Part shown: one piece after another, positions 59,559-64,000 of the stretch
Layout of the letters: every line of letters starts with the position of its first letter
How positions within the stretch are numbered: the stretch's first letter is position 1
DNA from: Candidatus Latescibacterota bacterium
GTDB lineage: Bacteria > Latescibacterota > UBA2968 > UBA8231
DNA: 64,000 bases
Assembly: GCA_965204725.1 (NCBI GenBank)
Contig: OZ242005.1
Span: forward strand, 3,904,001 to 3,968,000
Reading direction: 5' to 3'
Position numbers and translations under genes: made by a program
The notes under the pieces: model-generated
The model's input: only the letters and a program-made list of their open reading frames with translations
The model's database searches: none
What the model was told of the DNA's origin: nothing

Positions 59559-60368
59559 ATGATACTTAAATGGATCGCATTGGGAGCCTCAGTTATAGGC
59601 GGTATGGGCACTGCCCACGCCGAGGAAGGCGATTTCTTCCCGTTAGAAGTAGGCAACCGCTGGATATATCAGAAATATGACTGGAGATACCCCGATCACC
59701 TCCGGGTTGAGGAGACCGCTTCAATGGAGGTGATCGGCCAAGTTCAGTTGCAGGAGCGGTCGTATTTCGTCTTGCGACAGGACTGGAATTGGCTTCTACC
59801 TGATACGCTCTACCTGCGAACAGAAGAAGGGCAAGTCTTTCGCTATATAGAGCAGCCGGACACCGTGGCGGATGGTATCTCAGCACAGGACTTGGATAGC
59901 CCGGACCCGGTGCAATGGTCGTATCCTCTGGATCCCAATCAGACAGATTGGTTGATGTATGACTTTGAGGCATCTCAAGGAACTTTTTGGGATTTACCCT
60001 TACCAGATCTTACTGATCCGCCATATGTAGTTATATGGTGGGTACTCGTCAATGCCCGTTGGGCGGGCGATGCCGATCCGCCGAATAATTGGGAGTGCTG
60101 CTGGGGCATTCCTTTTCAATTAGGACCCTCTCAGAAGTTTTTCCGCTTTTCAGCAACGCCCTTTACGGCGGAATGGGATGAAGTGTTTGAGGTCGGGATA
60201 GGCCCGGTCTATATCACGCATCTTACAGATGAGACTGAGAGTTGGGACTTTGGCCTTCTCAAAGAAGCTCATATCGGCGGTCAAACCATCATAAGGGATC
60301 TGGCGACCTCAGTGGAGCAGACGAGTTGGGGTCAGATTAAGACGTCTTTCGAGGGGAGGATCAGGTGA
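59559..60368 (+). CDS. Secreted hypothetical protein with FPL.VGN.W.Y motif and C-terminal SWGQIK tail
   Basis: Signal peptide (TAHA), FFPLEVGNRWIY, EVFEVGIGPV, tail ATSVEQTSWGQIK. Confidence 0.7.
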   Translation: MILKWIALGASVIGGMGTAHAEEGDFFPLEVGNRWIYQKYDWRYPDHLRVEETASMEVIGQVQLQERSYFVLRQDWNWLLPDTLYLRTEEGQVFRYIEQPDTVADGISAQDLDSPDPVQWSYPLDPNQTDWLMYDFEASQGTFWDLPLPDLTDPPYVVIWWVLVNARWAGDADPPNNWECCWGIPFQLGPSQKFFRFSATPFTAEWDEVFEVGIGPVYITHLTDETESWDFGLLKEAHIGGQTIIRDLATSVEQTSWGQIKTSFEGRIR

Positions 60369-60476
60369 TCGCTCCATGTCAGTTAGCAGGGCCTATAAAG
60401 GTCGTTAGTAGGGGCTTCAAGCGGTTGGGAATCGCGCCGTTAGCCAACACTCCTCATCACCCGTAAGGAGAAGACA

Positions 60477-62153
60477 ATGAAAAGCCCAACGAAGGTAACC
60501 GCATTCATGGTGCCCCTGCTACTATTGGTAGGGCCAGCACCTCATTTTGCTGAGACCTATGAACCCCAACCTGTCGAGACCATGATCGAGGAGTCCGATC
60601 TCGTCGTGATCGGCATGGTAGAGAAAACGTCTATCTATGAAGATGAAAAAGGAGACGTTAGAAGGAAGACGACGATAAGCATTAAAGAGGTCATCAAGGG
60701 TGGAGATAAAGACATCGGTGAAACCATCATCGTGGACCACCGTGAAGGAACCCCGGGATCAAAGGGCGGAGCAGTCGAACAGTACTTCTACTTCAGACCC
60801 ACCTTCACACTAGGTGAACAGACTCTCCTCATGCTGTTAAGCAGAGGAGACACATACGAAGTCACAGGGGCTTTCCGCGGTAAAATCGATATAATCGGAG
60901 ATAAAATTGGGGGAATCGATACAAACCTTACCGCTTTCAAAGAGGCCATAAAACGAGTCGATAGGAAAGAGGTCTCGCAGTTGGAAGTCGAGATGGTTCC
61001 TATTGAGTACCAGTTGGATAAGGTCCGTGCGGCAAGTGGAAAGCGTGCTGCGAAAGCCACCTCTAGAAATGGGTCTCACTTGAATGGCCAATTTTATGCT
61101 CAGATAGGATACCGCCATCACCCGCCACTTCATGCCATTACCTTCCACATCAATCCAGATGGTGCTAGAGATGGAAATGGCAATCCGATCCCATTCAGTG
61201 ACTTGAAAACAGCTATGGATGCCTGTGTCGCCCAGTGGAATAGCATTGAAGATGGCCTTATTAGGTTTCGAGTAGCTAGCGTCCCGACCGGAAGAACGCA
61301 CAATAGATATGATTCGTGGAGTACGGTAACGTTTGGAGACGATTTGGACGGGCTAACAGCCCGTGCATCGAGTACGCACGGTAGAATAGTTACCTCGGAT
61401 ATCCGTCTCAGTACGCACCACACTTGGACTACGTCTGAGACGTATCCAAGCTCAAGTTCTTGGACCGTAGCTCAGCCCAAAGATTTCAGGGATGTGATGA
61501 CCCACGAGCTAGGTCATTCTGTCGGGCTTGGACATAGCGATCTGCCTGATAATACCATGTACTACTTCTCGGTCAGAACTGAAACAAAGCGCCGTACGCT
61601 GGCATGGGGGGACAAGGCTGGCGGCGTCTATATGACTACGGCACCTGGGAAAGCTGGAGACGGCGTTTTAGATTTTGACCAAGATTGGTCCGCCTTCACC
61701 GGTAGCAGCGAAGCAATCGTCCTATACCGAAATATAACCGTTCCCTCTGGGAGAACACTAACCATAGAGTCCGGTCTCTCCATCAATATGAATGGATATA
61801 CGATCACATCTACAGGGGGCACAATTAACGGGACCGTACCTGCCAAATCCGTAACTGTAACCGGTCCGTCCGCCGCCCCAACTATCTTGAGCGTTGCGCC
61901 CAATCCCTCTAACCCCTCTACAACCATTCGATTTAATCTCCCCCAGCCGATGGCGGTCTCCCTCTCGATCTACGATCTGTTGGGGCAGCGAATTCGTACG
62001 CTTATTTCCAGCGAATATCGCCGAGCAGGGAGTTACTCTGCGGTGTGGAACGGACGCGATCTATTGGGGCAACAGGCCGCATCGGGGGTCTATTTTATCA
62101 ATCTTCATGCGGGCGAGCAGCTATACCGAGAAAAACTGACTTTAGTGCATTGA
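60477..62153 (+). CDS. Secreted matrixin-like (M10/metzincin) metallopeptidase with FlgD-Ig/T9SS-like C-terminal domain
   Basis: HELGHSVGLGHS with Met-turn NTMY; C-terminal APNPSNPSTTIRF..IYDLLGQ..WNGRD..ASGVYF. Confidence 0.85.
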   Translation: MKSPTKVTAFMVPLLLLVGPAPHFAETYEPQPVETMIEESDLVVIGMVEKTSIYEDEKGDVRRKTTISIKEVIKGGDKDIGETIIVDHREGTPGSKGGAVEQYFYFRPTFTLGEQTLLMLLSRGDTYEVTGAFRGKIDIIGDKIGGIDTNLTAFKEAIKRVDRKEVSQLEVEMVPIEYQLDKVRAASGKRAAKATSRNGSHLNGQFYAQIGYRHHPPLHAITFHINPDGARDGNGNPIPFSDLKTAMDACVAQWNSIEDGLIRFRVASVPTGRTHNRYDSWSTVTFGDDLDGLTARASSTHGRIVTSDIRLSTHHTWTTSETYPSSSSWTVAQPKDFRDVMTHELGHSVGLGHSDLPDNTMYYFSVRTETKRRTLAWGDKAGGVYMTTAPGKAGDGVLDFDQDWSAFTGSSEAIVLYRNITVPSGRTLTIESGLSINMNGYTITSTGGTINGTVPAKSVTVTGPSAAPTILSVAPNPSNPSTTIRFNLPQPMAVSLSIYDLLGQRIRTLISSEYRRAGSYSAVWNGRDLLGQQAASGVYFINLHAGEQLYREKLTLVH

Positions 62154-62154
62154 A

Positions 62155-64000
62155 CTAGCAGCGTATGTTCTGTCGGGCTGTCGCAAGCCAAATCGCACAC
62201 AGCGGCACCACCAATACCAGCAACACTGAGGAGGACGCCAAGCCGCCCGAGGTCCCCAAGGCCAAAGTGTACCAGAAGTCGGTTTTTTCGCCTTGCAGCA
62301 ACATGGGCAGAAACCCAGCGATCGTCGTAAGGGTGGTGATGAAGATGGGGCGCAAGCGTTGAAAGGCCGCTTGGGCAATGGCCTCGGTGGGAGCGGTCGG
62401 CTGTCGCTTCAAGGTGGTGGAGATGGTGTAAACGAGCAGGATAGAATTGTTGACGGCAATGCCCATCAACAGCAACAAGGCCGCATAGCTGCCTTGGTTA
62501 AAAGGGGCGTCGGACAAAAAGAGCGCGGCACCCATCCCTATGAGCGCGAGGGGCAGGGCAATGAGCACCAATAGCGGCTGGGTCCAAGACTCAAAGAGCG
62601 CGGCGGCGACCATCCAGACCAAAAGAACCGCCAAAAGCACGACACCCCCCAGTTCTCGCCGCTCCTTTTTGTCCATCTCGTATATCATGGGATTGGAAAG
62701 GCTATAACCGTATGGCAGCGACGTGTGATCGACGATGTCTTGTAGGATGCTGTTAGAATAAGAGTAGCTTCCCAAAACCGTGAATCCAATGGTGCGGATG
62801 TAGCGTTGGTTTTCGCGTTTTATGCTGGGCGTCACGGCTCGTTTCTGAATGTGGGCAACGTGCCCGATGCGCGCTGGGTGTGCATCCAAAGCGACTTGGC
62901 TGAGGCGGCGGATGGTCATGCGACTGGCTCCGGTGTCGGCGACGCTTACAGCGTATTGTCGCCCGTCCATATAGACGTGTGCAAGAGCAGTGCCGACTGC
63001 GAGCCGATCTTGGATTTCATGTACGAGGTTGATGTGCCCTAGGCCGAGTGGCGCGGTTTTTCTATGGTCGAACTGGGCCACTATTTCGCGCTGGGACGGG
63101 CCATAGGCAAAGTCGATGTGAATGTCCTTAATCCGCCGCGAGCGACGCTGCTTTAGCTGCTTGGCAATGTCTTCGGCAATGTTGCCTACCTGCCCAAAGT
63201 TGAACCCATGGATACTAAGCTGGTTGGAAACGCTCCGGCTGCCCCCCAAATGCTTGCCGAACCCATCCATCCCCTTGCCATATACGGAGAACCCCACGCC
63301 GCCGATATTGCTCTCATAGGCCGCTAAACGTTCGTAGAGGATGTATGGTATATCCGAGGCGCGGTACTCTTCCTTTATCAGCACCTGAATAAGCCCGTAC
63401 TGACCCGAACTTTGGGTGATGATGCCCTCGATATACGGCGCGAAGTTGAACAATTGTTTTTCGACATCGCGCAAAACTTTGTCCATCCTGCTTATGTGGG
63501 AGTTATAGGGCATCTGGAGGGTGACGATCAGTGAGAAGCCCTCTGAGAGTTCGCGCAAAAGGTGCCGGGGAGGTTGTCGGTCGAGCCGGTGCGATAGATC
63601 GCGGAAGAGAAAATACGTCGCCCCGCCAACCACCTTGAAAAGCACCGGCTTGACCGCAGCCACTATGGGGTTGCTCCACACTTGGTTGTAGAGGTCGGCC
63701 CCGTCGTCGTAGAGCCGCTCCCAGAGCGGACGATCCTCTTGCGAGCTTTTAGGTAGGAAGGTCGTGCGGCCAAATAGGCTAGACGAAGCGGTTGTATCTC
63801 TCGTCGCAAGCCCCGCCTTGTACTGTTGTCGCGTGGTGATTTTGTCGGCGGACGCGGCCGGCACGAGTTCCCGCTTGTCGCCGAGTTCATCCGGCAATAT
63901 CCACAGCGGGACGCCCACCAACCACACGACTAAACCGAGAAACAGTACTTTGCGACGGACGCAAAAAGAGAGGACCGTGCGATACAAGCGGTAGATGCGG
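62155..64000 (-). CDS. RND (AcrB/AcrD/AcrF family) efflux permease, 5'-partial
   Basis: FESWTQP..LPLALIG, GIAVNNSILL, RLRPIFITTLTTI.G..P; the frame stays open to the window end. Confidence 0.88.
   Translation of the reverse strand, partial: RIYRLYRTVLSFCVRRKVLFLGLVVWLVGVPLWILPDELGDKRELVPAASADKITTRQQYKAGLATRDTTASSSLFGRTTFLPKSSQEDRPLWERLYDDGADLYNQVWSNPIVAAVKPVLFKVVGGATYFLFRDLSHRLDRQPPRHLLRELSEGFSLIVTLQMPYNSHISRMDKVLRDVEKQLFNFAPYIEGIITQSSGQYGLIQVLIKEEYRASDIPYILYERLAAYESNIGGVGFSVYGKGMDGFGKHLGGSRSVSNQLSIHGFNFGQVGNIAEDIAKQLKQRRSRRIKDIHIDFAYGPSQREIVAQFDHRKTAPLGLGHINLVHEIQDRLAVGTALAHVYMDGRQYAVSVADTGASRMTIRRLSQVALDAHPARIGHVAHIQKRAVTPSIKRENQRYIRTIGFTVLGSYSYSNSILQDIVDHTSLPYGYSLSNPMIYEMDKKERRELGGVVLLAVLLVWMVAAALFESWTQPLLVLIALPLALIGMGAALFLSDAPFNQGSYAALLLLMGIAVNNSILLVYTISTTLKRQPTAPTEAIAQAAFQRLRPIFITTLTTIAGFLPMLLQGEKTDFWYTLALGTSGGLASSSVLLVLVVPLCAIWLATARQNIRC

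Noticed and set aside
1-64000. CRISPR arrays, tRNA or rRNA genes, integron attC arrays, retron or DGR reverse transcriptases
   Set aside because: No regularly spaced repeats, cloverleaf, rRNA-like segment or RT motif seen by eye; dedicated scanners were not run

Overview
High-GC bacterial chromosomal window with about 50 CDS. I found no rRNA, tRNA or CRISPR array. Secreted proteins ending in a 'TSVExxSWGQ[VI]K' tail or a FlgD-Ig/T9SS-like C-terminal domain suggest an FCB-related candidate lineage such as Latescibacterota (inference only). Housekeeping and metabolic genes include an anaerobic sulfatase maturase and a sulfatase, moeA, moaA, coxD/coxE/xdhC, hemA-ccsA, potABC-like ABC permease/ATPase genes with ggt, ltaE, uppS-cdsA-rseP-queG, a frameshifted ftsY, dusB, a TonB-dependent receptor, a penicillin acylase and a partial RND pump. 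Accessory patches hold an intact IS5-family element inserted into the end of an IS630 relic, two MITE/REP-like elements, three broken toxin-antitoxin loci and candidate defence genes. The best leads are: (1) a three-gene operon of a STAS/GHKL kinase, a STAS (DUF4325-like) protein and a membrane protein at 54.5-56.4 kb, which looks like a partner-switch conflict system; (2) a FolC fused in frame to a C-terminal ATP-grasp ligase; (3) two heme c plus PHM/DBH-type copper monooxygenase lipoproteins with a redoxin; (4) the shared SWGQxK C-terminal motif on unrelated secreted proteins, a possible sorting signal; (5) a 6TM voltage-gated channel with a non-canonical TGGYAD filter and an inserted repeat domain. 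All family calls come from motif recognition by eye; no searches were run.
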